Shown: piece by piece, positions 1-9,487 of the stretch
Layout: the number at the start of each line of letters is the position of its first letter
Numbering within the stretch: position 1 is the stretch's first letter
Virus record (IMG/VR): IMGVR_UViG_3300015214_000028
Span: 64,001 to 86,717 of that record
Direction: 5' to 3' (one strand)
Length of the DNA: 22,717 nt
From: a virus
Lineage: Duplodnaviria > Heunggongvirae > Uroviricota > Caudoviricetes
Notes under the pieces: model-generated
Database searches by the model: none
What the model was told of the DNA's origin: nothing
Seen by the model: only the letters and a program-made list of their open reading frames with translations
Position numbers and translations under genes: made by a program

Positions 1-411
1 AATAGTTCTGATTTGTAAGTCAGGATTATTTACGATTTGAGAAATACCGTTAGGGTAAACGGATTTAATCTCTGAAGTGTTATCTGCTTTAAAAGTAGTG
101 CGTTGTCCCGCATCCGCAAAACCGTTTAATGGAGTTTGACTTTGCGTACCAAGCCTATAGTCAAATTCTAACTCAGTATTTTGATAGTTAGGGGCGCCAT
201 CTTCGTTTAAAATGGGAATCTCATTCAAATAAATAGATTTTAAAATGTCATCCCCAACTCTGGTTTCACCATTTGGTGCTACAAACCCGACAATTTGCCC
301 CTCGCTAAGCAGCTCAATTACTTCCGCTTCTTGAGTAGAGCGAAGGGTATTTTCTCCTTCAACAGCTGCTCTACCTCCTCCCTTTCCTCCATAGCCTCTT
401 AGCTTAATCAT
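1..411 (-). CDS. Lambda gpJ-like central tail fibre/baseplate hub protein, N-terminal 137 aa (runs off the window edge; absent from the ORF track)
   Basis: Hand translation from the ATG at 411, which overlaps the upstream TGA (ATGA): MIKLRGYGGKGGGRAAVEGENTLRSTQEAEVIELLSEGQIVGF...IYLNEIPI...YRLGTQSQTPLNGF...IRTI. The GxGGKGGG start, LLSEGxIxG and YLNExPI motifs are typical of gpJ N-termini, and the gene follows an I-like gene. Confidence 0.9.
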   Translation of the reverse strand, partial: MIKLRGYGGKGGGRAAVEGENTLRSTQEAEVIELLSEGQIVGFVAPNGETRVGDDILKSIYLNEIPILNEDGAPNYQNTELEFDYRLGTQSQTPLNGFADAGQRTTFKADNTSEIKSVYPNGISQIVNNPDLQIRTI

Positions 412-1385
412 CCTGAATTCTCATCACTATTTGGATCGCTAACGATTCCATCTCCGCCCCACGGCGCTGTATCATAAACATTGAACGGTCCCTGTAGTCC
501 TGAAGCTAAGCCCTGCTCAGATAAAGACTGTACCCACACCCAGCCTCCTGTACCAGGGAGGTCTACGTCTTCTACAATTACTGAAGTTGCTCCAGGATTT
601 ACAGTTACTGTGTACTCTGTACCTCCAGTAGGATTAAATTTATCAGTATTAACATAAACTTTTAGCCTATTAACAATGCTGTCTAGGCTACCAGAATTCC
701 ACCTAATAGTTAGGTCTGCTCCGGCTAATACAGCACTTACCCCATTTAAAGAGTTAGGTAGTAATTGTGAAGAGGTAATAAGACTACTTCCAACAACCAC
801 AGAACCTATAAGTACCTGTCCATACGCTAAAGGTACTGGGATACCCTGACTGGTTAAATTTTCTGGCCCATCAAAATTAGTACTCTTTCTTTCTTCTTTG
901 TCGTTAGTACCTACTTTAGGTGGGGCAAATAAAATTTGACTAGCGCCACCCAAAGCAAGTGCCCAGCCTAATTTACCAGCAACAGAAGCTAAAGTAGTAG
1001 CTGTTTTTACAGCCATTGTACCCACATACGTAGAAACTGTGGTTGATCCTGCAGCAGTAGCTCCAGCTATAGCTGTGCCCATGCCCATACTAACGTAGAT
1101 TAGCAAAGCGCCTAAAACAACCTTTCCTAGCCCTCCTCCCGCGCCTTCAATGACTGGAACGATATGAATTTCTCTAGAAATAGGATAATGTAGCTCTTCT
1201 TCACCAAACTCTTCATCGTCTGCGATAATTCGGTATCCGGGAGTGTTATGTTCTATTAAATATTGTTTGAAGTCTGGATAATTAGCAGATAGAGCTCGAA
1301 TAGCCTCTACAGGAGACTTAATATCAAACTCAAATCTTTCTCCAAAATTCTTAGCTAAGTCGCCATGTAGTACTACCGTTTTCAA
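408..1385 (-). CDS. Lambda gpI-like tail assembly protein with a C-terminal FN3-like extension (325 aa, TTG start)
   Basis: LHGDLAKNFG...SPVEAIRAL ubiquitin-like N-terminus, IHIVPVIEGAG, Gly/Ala hydrophobic stretch, FDGPENLTSQGIPVPLAYGQVLIGS C-terminal motif; located between K-like and J-like genes. Confidence 0.9.
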   Translation of the reverse strand: MKTVVLHGDLAKNFGERFEFDIKSPVEAIRALSANYPDFKQYLIEHNTPGYRIIADDEEFGEEELHYPISREIHIVPVIEGAGGGLGKVVLGALLIYVSMGMGTAIAGATAAGSTTVSTYVGTMAVKTATTLASVAGKLGWALALGGASQILFAPPKVGTNDKEERKSTNFDGPENLTSQGIPVPLAYGQVLIGSVVVGSSLITSSQLLPNSLNGVSAVLAGADLTIRWNSGSLDSIVNRLKVYVNTDKFNPTGGTEYTVTVNPGATSVIVEDVDLPGTGGWVWVQSLSEQGLASGLQGPFNVYDTAPWGGDGIVSDPNSDENSG

Positions 1386-2077
1386 AACAAATCCTTATGT
1401 CTAACAATCTTACACGTAGCATCTACCCAGAAGCCACTATATAAATCTTTACTAGATAACCGTTTTGAGCAATGCTGCAAAATGTAGTTATCTCCCAAAT
1501 ATATAGCCCCATGATTAATGGTAGTGCTTCCTAGCTTCATAAGTACTACATCATGTTGCTTTAAATCTTTTACTTCTAGAAATCCTGCATTTTCAAAGTT
1601 TTCTAGATATAAGTCATATCCTTTATCCCACCACTCTACTTCTCTGTCATAGTCGGGAATAATAATATTTAACTCCCAAGCATAGTAATCTCTAATTAAG
1701 GAGTAACAATCTAGAACTCCGTGGTAAAACTTTCTACCCACGTATTTAGGTTTGAATCCTGAAGGAGTTATAATTGTGTGCTGACCCTCCGGCTTTACTA
1801 TTAGCCAAGGAAGTCCGGAGTTTTCACAGGCTACTAAATCAGCCTCACTAGGCTCTACTCCCGAAGTGACGTGACTATGACAAACCCCTACTATCTCTCC
1901 TTTTTTGGAGACTTCTATATACTCTTTAGGGTCGATAATAAATTCTTCTCCCGTACTAAGATTGGTGCACGGAATATACTTTAATTTACCCTTTATAATT
2001 ACAGCTAAACCACAGCACTCATTTGGTGCTGTGGTTTTAGCATGCTGAATTACTTCATCAATAATTGGCTCTAACAT
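1382..2077 (-). CDS. Lambda gpK-like tail tip assembly protein (JAB/MPN domain + NlpC/P60 domain), 231 aa
   Basis: NECCGL...VCHSH...PSEADL (JAB motif), then FYHGVLDCYSLIRDYY...NHGAIYLG...ILQH (NlpC/P60 Cys/His); position between L and I. Confidence 0.93.
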   Translation of the reverse strand: MLEPIIDEVIQHAKTTAPNECCGLAVIIKGKLKYIPCTNLSTGEEFIIDPKEYIEVSKKGEIVGVCHSHVTSGVEPSEADLVACENSGLPWLIVKPEGQHTIITPSGFKPKYVGRKFYHGVLDCYSLIRDYYAWELNIIIPDYDREVEWWDKGYDLYLENFENAGFLEVKDLKQHDVVLMKLGSTTINHGAIYLGDNYILQHCSKRLSSKDLYSGFWVDATCKIVRHKDLF

Positions 2078-3225
2078 TAATAGGTTAATCCAATACCTGG
2101 GAACCCGCCAAAAGGTAAAATTGAGCTACCCTCTCCCGAGGCTATAACGTTGTTAGCATACGGGCGTTTTAAATTGAAAACACTTTCCCCGTTTGCATTA
2201 TATATTCCAGCCGCTACACCCGGGGTTGCATGTGCACTAACATTACTTGCAGCTATTTGCACTGTTTTCATACCGCTTGAAGGCACATTAAAGGAGCCGT
2301 CAATATAGCCCCCGGTATCGTTATCACCTACAATAGTGCCGGATACTCGTAAAGTAGCATATGAGTTTCCTGTTAACACAAATGTATAATTGCCTGCTTC
2401 TAAATAAACATTAAATGTAACACTAACAGGAGTAGATTTAGATTGAAGCCAAACTGCGTATGAATTAAAGAAAGTATCAAACCCATTAACAAACACAGGC
2501 TTATCCGGTATAGTCCCTGTATTTAGAGTAGTATTTTTACTAGTGTCTACTGATTCACTGGTATTAGTTCTAAATCTAGCTTTGCACGAACTAATACGTT
2601 TTCCACAAGCGTCTTCAGCAACATCAGCCGTAGGAGTATCATCGAACTTAAAATACTGAGTGCCAGTATACCCACACTCAGGCCCTCGATACTTCCAAAC
2701 ACAAGTATTCTGAGTGCAAATTCTTCTAGGGATATTGACTCCTACAATATCGAATGGAGCAGTCAGTTCCCACTCAATTACTGTAGCGTCCTCTGATACT
2801 TTCCTATCTAAAATCCAAACCTCTTCGTCTAAATATGCATTTGGATCGGCATTAGGATTACCATCTTCAAAATTTACAGCATCAATATATCTTGCAAAAG
2901 TTCTTGTACGTTTAAGCCTAGCTCCTAAAAGGTCGTTTAGCGTCCTAGCCTGAGAACCGATAATGTAATTAATGTTTGATACAGCGAGTTTGGGGCGTAC
3001 AGCAGAGCCGCTCCCGTCTTTATCAAATCCGGAAGTACTAATTGGATACCTGACATATTCTATTGTTTTCCAAGTTACCGAGTCCCCCAATTCATTAACT
3101 CCATCACACCAATAGAACTTATCTGAGGAAGTCTCCCCAAATTTGCCCCTACAGTATGACAAGTCTAATTCGTAAAACTCTAACAAATTAGAAGGGCTTA
3201 ATTTTTGAATTTCTTTTACAATCAT
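2077..3225 (-). CDS. Lambda gpL-like tail tip protein (Fe-S binding Cys cluster) with a ~150-aa inserted beta-rich domain, 382 aa
   Basis: LEFYELDL, YPIxxSGF, RPKLxVSNI, RTRTFARYIDAVNF, CVWKYRGPECGY, D-x-CGKR-x-SSCKARF and terminal LPFGGFPG; four Cys at 175/184/207/214. Confidence 0.92.
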   Translation of the reverse strand: MIVKEIQKLSPSNLLEFYELDLSYCRGKFGETSSDKFYWCDGVNELGDSVTWKTIEYVRYPISTSGFDKDGSGSAVRPKLAVSNINYIIGSQARTLNDLLGARLKRTRTFARYIDAVNFEDGNPNADPNAYLDEEVWILDRKVSEDATVIEWELTAPFDIVGVNIPRRICTQNTCVWKYRGPECGYTGTQYFKFDDTPTADVAEDACGKRISSCKARFRTNTSESVDTSKNTTLNTGTIPDKPVFVNGFDTFFNSYAVWLQSKSTPVSVTFNVYLEAGNYTFVLTGNSYATLRVSGTIVGDNDTGGYIDGSFNVPSSGMKTVQIAASNVSAHATPGVAAGIYNANGESVFNLKRPYANNVIASGEGSSILPFGGFPGIGLTY

Positions 3226-3614
3226 GCTACTGTCTCATATACTTGAATAAATTTTGCAGATATTGTTGCAGCAATAACGTTATTATGTTGTATGCTCCAT
3301 TCTGGGCAGTACACTGAATACTGAGTACCATCTGTAACTACTCCAGACACTATATTTTTTGGAGGAGTCCAAAGAAACGCCTCAGAGCCTTTTCTAGCCT
3401 CAAAGAAGTCTAAAATATCCTCGCAATGAGCATAAGGACGATTTACCCAATTTAAAGACCATTCTCTAGAAATATTGTTAATACCATTGGGAGTTCTTTG
3501 GGAGTACCCATCACCAAATTGAGCTGCAAAAATACTAGTTTTTACAGGATTCTGAAAGCCGGAGGAAGGGATAAAAATATCCCTTCCTGCGACAAGTTTT
3601 GTGAATGTTGCCAT
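3222..3614 (-). CDS. Lambda gpM-like distal/minor tail protein, 130 aa
   Basis: FGDGYSQRTPNGIN...FFEARKGSEAFLWTPP...AKFIQV motif; lies directly after the tape measure gene. Confidence 0.92.
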   Translation of the reverse strand: MATFTKLVAGRDIFIPSSGFQNPVKTSIFAAQFGDGYSQRTPNGINNISREWSLNWVNRPYAHCEDILDFFEARKGSEAFLWTPPKNIVSGVVTDGTQYSVYCPEWSIQHNNVIAATISAKFIQVYETVA

Positions 3615-6600
3615 TACCTACGATATAAATTGCCGCCTGGCCGTGCTTGTTTCAGTAGCTCTTCCTGAACCATGCGCTTAATATTGCTGCCAATAATCTT
3701 ACCTAATTCACCGCTCGTTTCCGCAGTCATACTCCCATCTGATTGAATGGAAATATTAACATTAGTATCACCCATAACTACCCCACCAGAACTTCCAGAT
3801 AGAGTAACTGGAATACTTCTATTGTCGGGTAGTGGAACATAGGCTTCATTTTGTCTACCCTCTCCGAAAATAGCAAGCTGAGGAGAATTCGCGATGCCAC
3901 CCTTAGAGTATTTATTTAAGGGCAGGGGACCCTTGGAAGACATAATGTTTCCGTTAGCACTAAGAGTAGCGGAGCCTGTAATTGCTCCGAAAAGATCTCC
4001 TAATAAAGAGCCTTTTGAAGAGCCAGTAGACAACATTGTAGTAGCTAACTGAGTTAAGAACATGAAAGCGGCTTGCTTCCATTGACCTGTAAAAGTTAAA
4101 AGTGCGCCCGCCACTAAGCTAGAGCTATTTGCTGCAGTTAAGAAGCCTTCTGAGGCTTCTCTATTCATTTCAGCAGTTTTATCGGGCTCCCCCGGAACTC
4201 GTACTGGAGCGACAATTACTTCAGCCCCAGAAGACCCAGCTAAGGGTGGCTTGAGCGTGGTTGTCGTATTACCCGTACCACTAATTGTTGTTCTAAGATT
4301 ATCTAGAGCACTTATTAAAAGAGATTGACTATTTAATTGTTTATTTAGTCTTTCTTCTGCTAGGCTATCCGCTTTAGCAGCGGCAACTTTGGCTGCAGTA
4401 TCCTCAGGGTCTGGAATTAAATCCCTCCAAAGACTTTTTAATTGAGCAGCGGCAGCTTCTGAGTACGCATTTGCTAATTCATTTCTAATAGTGGTGCCTA
4501 ATTCTCTAAAAGACAAGTTACCTTCTTTCATCATTTCTGCAAACCTATCTGCAGAATTATCAAAGGCACTTACTAGGCCTTTATTTAAGGTAACCCCTAC
4601 ACTTTCGGCTTCAGCACGCATTTTAGCTACTTGAAATCTAAAATCTTGCTCCAAGTCTGAACTATACTGCTTAAAATCTGGAATTACAGAAGCTTCAGCA
4701 GTTTTCATTCTGAAATTACGGATACGAGATTCCGCTTCTAATCTCTGATTAGCTAAATCTACTAGAATTTGTTCTTGTTTTAGTAGAAGCGTTGACCTTT
4801 GAAGAATTAAACTTTGTTCTTCACTAGAGTTTAGAGTTATTTTTGCTTCTTCTCTTGCTAACCTAATTCTCTCTCTTAAACTATATAACTCTACCTCAAT
4901 ACTAGCTAAGGAGGCCTTAGCTTGCTGTTCAGTTAAACTTAATAGTTGTTTCTCTAAGGAGAGCCTTTGAACAGCTGGAGTCAATAGATTATCTGCCCTC
5001 GACTCAACTAAAGCTTTTTGAGCAATTAGATTATCATTTAGAGTGCTAAACTGTGCTGAAGCTGCGCTTGCCCGTCTGGTTACTTTTTCCAGTTCGGTTG
5101 CTAGTCTAAGAACTGCGTCATTTTCTTCTAGATTTTTTAAATTAACCTGAATATTGGCTAGCTCTTTATTGATTTTTTCAGCTCTACGAGCTTGTTGATC
5201 ACTACTAAATCCAACTCCATCAGCTGCTCTAGTGGCTTTTAAATCAGCTTCTAACTTTTTTTGCTCTGCTATTAGCTCGTTTCTTTTACTTTCATTCTCC
5301 AGTAAATCCGAAGATAGTTTTAAATCAACTAGGTTTAAGGAGTTAAGGCTAGTTAGTTCAGGTAAAAAATTAGATTGTACTTCTACTCTGCTTCTTTCTA
5401 ATTCCAGAGTTTCTTTGGCTAATCTTGCTTGTTTTTGAGTCTGCGTTAACGCTTCTTCTCTTTTTGTAGCTTCAAGCTCTAAAGCTTTAGCAAAGGCTGA
5501 ACGAGTTTTTAGTAATGCTACGTTCAATTCAGACTGAGCTGTAGCTAAAGCTAATTGTACTTCATTGGCTTGACCAAGTAAAGATAAACTTATTTGAGCA
5601 CGTTCTACTAAACCATCCCTCTCTGTTTTTCTGTCTGGCTTATCTTGAAGCCCTGCAATTTCTCTAAGAGTATTGTCTAGCTCTGTGCGAGCTTTAGAAA
5701 CGATTGACTCTAAATTTTCCGCGCTATCTAACCCAGAAGCTGCAGCTAAAGATTTTGCTCTATCCCGGGCTATTTTTTGCAGAATAGAAACTCTATCCTG
5801 CAAGGCCTTCTGTTCTTGATTAGCAATTTGTTGCTCTAATTCTAGTCGTTTTTCAACTGTAGAAGTAGACTTGCCAAATGAACTTTCATAGGCTGATAGA
5901 TTCGCTAATGTTCTAGAAAGTTGAGCAATATTATTAGCTACGCTAATACTTGTACGAGATAGCTCGAACAGCCTATCCATCATACTTCTAGAACTGAAAG
6001 CTACAGCTTCAAACATTCCTGACTGTTTTAGTAAGGAGTCTCTATATTCTCCCAGACTAGTAGCAAGCTCTTCTCCAGCCTTTCCAGCTTTAATCTGTTC
6101 TTTCTCGAAGTCTCTAAGTTGCTTATTAAATAGAGCAATTTTAGTGTCAGCATCTGTATCGCTAATAGCGGACAGTTCAATACTAAAACTTTTAGCAAAT
6201 TCAGCAAGCCCTTCGTTACCCGACTCTAACATACCTCCCAGTCCGGTTACTAACTGAGAAAATATTTTTGTCTGCTCGGTTTGCTTAATCAGCCCGTTAG
6301 TATACTCTTTAGAAATTTTACCTAGTTCGCCTGTAGCGGTTTTTACATCATTCATTGCAGCCGCAACAGAGCCTAGTTCTCTGCCTGTGCCAATGGCGAT
6401 TAAGTACAGCTCTTTTAGGGCGGGTAGCATGCTTTGCCTTACCTCAGGGGAAAACTGAGAAAATGCAGATACAATAGCTTTCATAGCTTCTTCGGGCCTT
6501 CCTGCAGCAATAGCCCGTTGAGCGTTTGCGGAAGCTATAGTTTGAACATCCATTTCAAAAGCAGTTCTATTATTGGTGGCCTTATTCTTCACTAGCGCCT

Positions 6601-8689
6601 TATCAAACCTATCTACAAAGTTTTTTGCGGATTTCTCTATTTGCGCTTCGTCCGATACTGCCACAAATCCTGACACTAATTCTGTAGCCATTTTGCTACC
6701 TGTGTTTAAAAATAGCTCTTTGAATCTGTCAAAAATCCCTTTATTTGTTTCAAAATTTTCAAAAGCAATATACGCCTGTTCAACTGTTTGAGTCAGCTGC
6801 TCTAGTTGTCTTAATGTACCCATTTTAATATCAAATAGGTCATTAATACTCTTTCCCTTAGCTAAATCCTCTTTTGCTCTGGTTAAGGATTCGATTTGGT
6901 CAGTTAAAGGTTGAATAGCTGCGGCTAAAGTTTTATTGCCATCTACGGAAACCTTAAATACTTTGGATAAAACAGTTTCGAAACCTGCCCAAGCAGCAGT
7001 TGCTAAACCAATAGCTAAACCAATTTTACCGAAATTCTCTAGTACAGAGATGCCTACAGATTTGGTAAATTGAGCAGCCCCTCTAAGATTGGCTACCCTA
7101 GCAAGGGCAAAGGCCCTGGCCCCTCCCAAATTATTTTGTTTAATTAATTCAGCTGTAATAGCTTGTTCCGTTTTATACGCGGATATAGCTGCACTAAGAT
7201 GTTTGCCGTCTCGTTGTAACTGTATTACAGATAAAGCGCCTTGTTCCCTAATTTGTGTTATTTGTAGTTCTTTTTGAGCGGTAACAAGTCTTTGGGCCTC
7301 AGCTTGAGTAGTTGTAAGTGTAATCCCTGCAGCTCTAGCCTCATTTAACAGTTTTAATTCCGCTTCTGCAGCTTTTAATTCATTTTGCCACCCTAGTTTA
7401 GTCGCATCAGTAATACTTTTGCCACCAAGTTGAGTTTTTGCAGTTGTTACAACTTTATTTAATGCTTCCTCGTATTCTTTTTCTAGTTTTTGAGTGTCAA
7501 TAGAAGGAACGAAAGCTGTTAGGTCCCCTGAGGCATCCTCTGCTTCTAACTCATTAAGAAGGGCTTCTCGATATTTTGTAGCTAATTCTTTCGCACCCTT
7601 TACAGTTTTAGTTTCCGCCTCGGAAGTAGCAATTCCTAAATACGCATCTGATTGGGAGCTAATTTTTAAATTCTTATTTACGTCTTTTAAAGAGCCTGTT
7701 ACTTCTTTTAAACTACCCTTAACAGTATCTAAACGTTCCTCTAATTGAGGTAATACATCTGGAAGAGCTAATTTAGCAAGTCTAGCACCAATTAATAATA
7801 CTGCGGAGGCTAATGCAGTTGGCTCCCTCGACATTAGTTCTACTACTGGACTAAGTCCTTTATTTACTAATTGTAAAGAACTATCAAGTAAATCTTTTGT
7901 AACACCTAAAAGAATTGAGTAAGGATTTGCTTGTTCTTTTCCTAGTTCGCCATACTTTCGTTCTGCTTCTTCCGTAACTGCATTGACGAAAGCTTGCATT
8001 TTTTCTGTTTGTGTTAGAGCAAGTACAGTTTTATTGTTTGCTCTAGCGTAGTTTTCTGTGGCCTCGGTAAGCTTAACCATAATACCGAGTTCATCAAGCA
8101 ATTCTGGCTCTAATTTAATCGCACCCTTAAAGATACGATTCATTGAGTCTTCCAGGTCTCTACCTAGAGCTTGTGCCGCGCCTTTACCAGCGCTAGCAAG
8201 CCCAGCAATTTGGGTTGTGGTTAGTCCGGCAGCAGAACCTAAGTTAGCAAAGGCTAAGCTATCTTTCATAGTTAAAGCATTATCAGTTAACGCTTTAATA
8301 TCTTTGGCAGTGCTTTTTAGAGCTACACCATATCTACTAGATAAAAAGTCTGCTGATCTTTCTAAGATAGCTGTATCAGCAGCTTTTGATAGCAGACCGT
8401 ATGCTGCAGTAAGAGCGAATAAGTTGGCGGAAACAGCCGCATATGCTCTTACTAAGCCTCCTAAGCCCTGTACTTGTTCAGAAAAGTCCCTAGTATCTCC
8501 TTTACCTCCAGTTCTAAAAGTACCCGCCCTACTAGCCTCTAAGGCTTGCTGAGCGGTACGAGTTTTTCTATTATTAGACTTTTTATTTAATTCGTCTAAT
8601 TGAGCACCAAGTCCTTTAGCATGCTTAGTCTCTTCTTTAAAGTTAGTATCCGCTTGAACTCTAACTTTACGAGTTGGAGATATAGTCAT
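3614..8689 (-). CDS. Tape measure protein, 1691 aa
   Basis: Long Ala/Leu/Glu/Lys-rich helical ORF after the tail chaperones. N-terminal RDF...YAAVSANLFAL...KLEPELLDELGI resembles T5 pb2; C-terminal ANGNIM...GGIANSP...FGEG...EAYVPL...RPGGNL resembles lambda-type TMP ends. Confidence 0.95.
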   Translation of the reverse strand: MTISPTRKVRVQADTNFKEETKHAKGLGAQLDELNKKSNNRKTRTAQQALEASRAGTFRTGGKGDTRDFSEQVQGLGGLVRAYAAVSANLFALTAAYGLLSKAADTAILERSADFLSSRYGVALKSTAKDIKALTDNALTMKDSLAFANLGSAAGLTTTQIAGLASAGKGAAQALGRDLEDSMNRIFKGAIKLEPELLDELGIMVKLTEATENYARANNKTVLALTQTEKMQAFVNAVTEEAERKYGELGKEQANPYSILLGVTKDLLDSSLQLVNKGLSPVVELMSREPTALASAVLLIGARLAKLALPDVLPQLEERLDTVKGSLKEVTGSLKDVNKNLKISSQSDAYLGIATSEAETKTVKGAKELATKYREALLNELEAEDASGDLTAFVPSIDTQKLEKEYEEALNKVVTTAKTQLGGKSITDATKLGWQNELKAAEAELKLLNEARAAGITLTTTQAEAQRLVTAQKELQITQIREQGALSVIQLQRDGKHLSAAISAYKTEQAITAELIKQNNLGGARAFALARVANLRGAAQFTKSVGISVLENFGKIGLAIGLATAAWAGFETVLSKVFKVSVDGNKTLAAAIQPLTDQIESLTRAKEDLAKGKSINDLFDIKMGTLRQLEQLTQTVEQAYIAFENFETNKGIFDRFKELFLNTGSKMATELVSGFVAVSDEAQIEKSAKNFVDRFDKALVKNKATNNRTAFEMDVQTIASANAQRAIAAGRPEEAMKAIVSAFSQFSPEVRQSMLPALKELYLIAIGTGRELGSVAAAMNDVKTATGELGKISKEYTNGLIKQTEQTKIFSQLVTGLGGMLESGNEGLAEFAKSFSIELSAISDTDADTKIALFNKQLRDFEKEQIKAGKAGEELATSLGEYRDSLLKQSGMFEAVAFSSRSMMDRLFELSRTSISVANNIAQLSRTLANLSAYESSFGKSTSTVEKRLELEQQIANQEQKALQDRVSILQKIARDRAKSLAAASGLDSAENLESIVSKARTELDNTLREIAGLQDKPDRKTERDGLVERAQISLSLLGQANEVQLALATAQSELNVALLKTRSAFAKALELEATKREEALTQTQKQARLAKETLELERSRVEVQSNFLPELTSLNSLNLVDLKLSSDLLENESKRNELIAEQKKLEADLKATRAADGVGFSSDQQARRAEKINKELANIQVNLKNLEENDAVLRLATELEKVTRRASAASAQFSTLNDNLIAQKALVESRADNLLTPAVQRLSLEKQLLSLTEQQAKASLASIEVELYSLRERIRLAREEAKITLNSSEEQSLILQRSTLLLKQEQILVDLANQRLEAESRIRNFRMKTAEASVIPDFKQYSSDLEQDFRFQVAKMRAEAESVGVTLNKGLVSAFDNSADRFAEMMKEGNLSFRELGTTIRNELANAYSEAAAAQLKSLWRDLIPDPEDTAAKVAAAKADSLAEERLNKQLNSQSLLISALDNLRTTISGTGNTTTTLKPPLAGSSGAEVIVAPVRVPGEPDKTAEMNREASEGFLTAANSSSLVAGALLTFTGQWKQAAFMFLTQLATTMLSTGSSKGSLLGDLFGAITGSATLSANGNIMSSKGPLPLNKYSKGGIANSPQLAIFGEGRQNEAYVPLPDNRSIPVTLSGSSGGVVMGDTNVNISIQSDGSMTAETSGELGKIIGSNIKRMVQEELLKQARPGGNLYRR

Positions 8690-8997
8690 TATTTACTAGG
8701 TCCTTTTGATCTTTTCTTGTTAATCTGTTCAGCCTCCAAAGAGTCTATAATTAACAGAATCTTAAATATTTCTTGCCTATCCTCAATTTCAAAAAATTCT
8801 AAAAGGTTAGGCGCGTATTCTAGAGCTTTACCGTAATAAATACCATTAAAGGAGTCTACCTTATCCTGTAAAGATCTATAAATATTGTAAGCTTGTTCGA
8901 CCTCTAATGGAAAATCAGCCAGCTCAAGTGGTATCTCCTCCTCGGCCGGCTGACTATTCATTGCTTCACACATTTCAAAATAAGACTGCTTAGTCAT
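8689..8997 (-). CDS. Tail assembly chaperone C-terminal ORF (gpT-like, T5 p138-like); probably made as a -1 frameshift fusion with the upstream chaperone
   Basis: Sits between the chaperone and TMP. Its frame stays open upstream to 9075, across the slippery site, and there is no clear Shine-Dalgarno before the ATG at 8997. Confidence 0.8.
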   Translation of the reverse strand: MTKQSYFEMCEAMNSQPAEEEIPLELADFPLEVEQAYNIYRSLQDKVDSFNGIYYGKALEYAPNLLEFFEIEDRQEIFKILLIIDSLEAEQINKKRSKGPSK

Positions 8998-9038
8998 ACC
9001 AAGCGATCTATTTGTAATGTAATTTTTAAGCTTTTCTA

Positions 9039-9461
9039 TTAATTCGTCGAACTGTATTTCGTAAAATTTGATAGACTAGAAGTTACTTCAGAAACAAACT
9101 GGTCTAATTCTTGTGAAGCTGTTAATAACTGCACAGCATTAGCTTCAGAGTACTCTAGTTCTGCTTCTACGTCTTCAATTTTTGAAAGGTCTACAAGAGC
9201 CAGTTCCTCTAGATATTTGAATTTTAATCCAGTCCATCCTTTTACCACAGAAGATACGAAGGTTTTTTGAAATAGATCTTCATCAAGTTCATCAATAGGC
9301 TGTCTTGATCTCTTGTCAAATTTAGTAACCGTACATTTTTTACGGATTTTTAAAATAGCATCTCTCGATAAAAATGCTAGTTTAATTTTAAAGCCCTCTA
9401 AACCGGGATAATCGATTTCAATTTCTTTTGAGGGAGTTAGAAGGGAAGATAGTTCAGTCAT
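9039..9461 (-). CDS. Tail assembly chaperone (gpG-like, T5 p139-like), 140 aa
   Basis: Position after the tail tube gene; YPGLEGFKIKLAFLSR...VKGWTGL motif recalled from T5-type chaperones. Confidence 0.82.
   Translation of the reverse strand: MTELSSLLTPSKEIEIDYPGLEGFKIKLAFLSRDAILKIRKKCTVTKFDKRSRQPIDELDEDLFQKTFVSSVVKGWTGLKFKYLEELALVDLSKIEDVEAELEYSEANAVQLLTASQELDQFVSEVTSSLSNFTKYSSTN
9063..9069 (-). promoter_or_regulatory. -1 programmed ribosomal frameshift slippery heptamer A AAT TTT
   Basis: The minus strand reads TCA AAT TTT ACG in the chaperone frame (X XXY YYZ). The -1 frame reads AAA TTT TAC GAA ATA CAG... with no stop until it joins the ATG at 8997. Confidence 0.8.
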
Positions 9462-9487
9462 ATTTTATTTTATTATAATTAATCACT

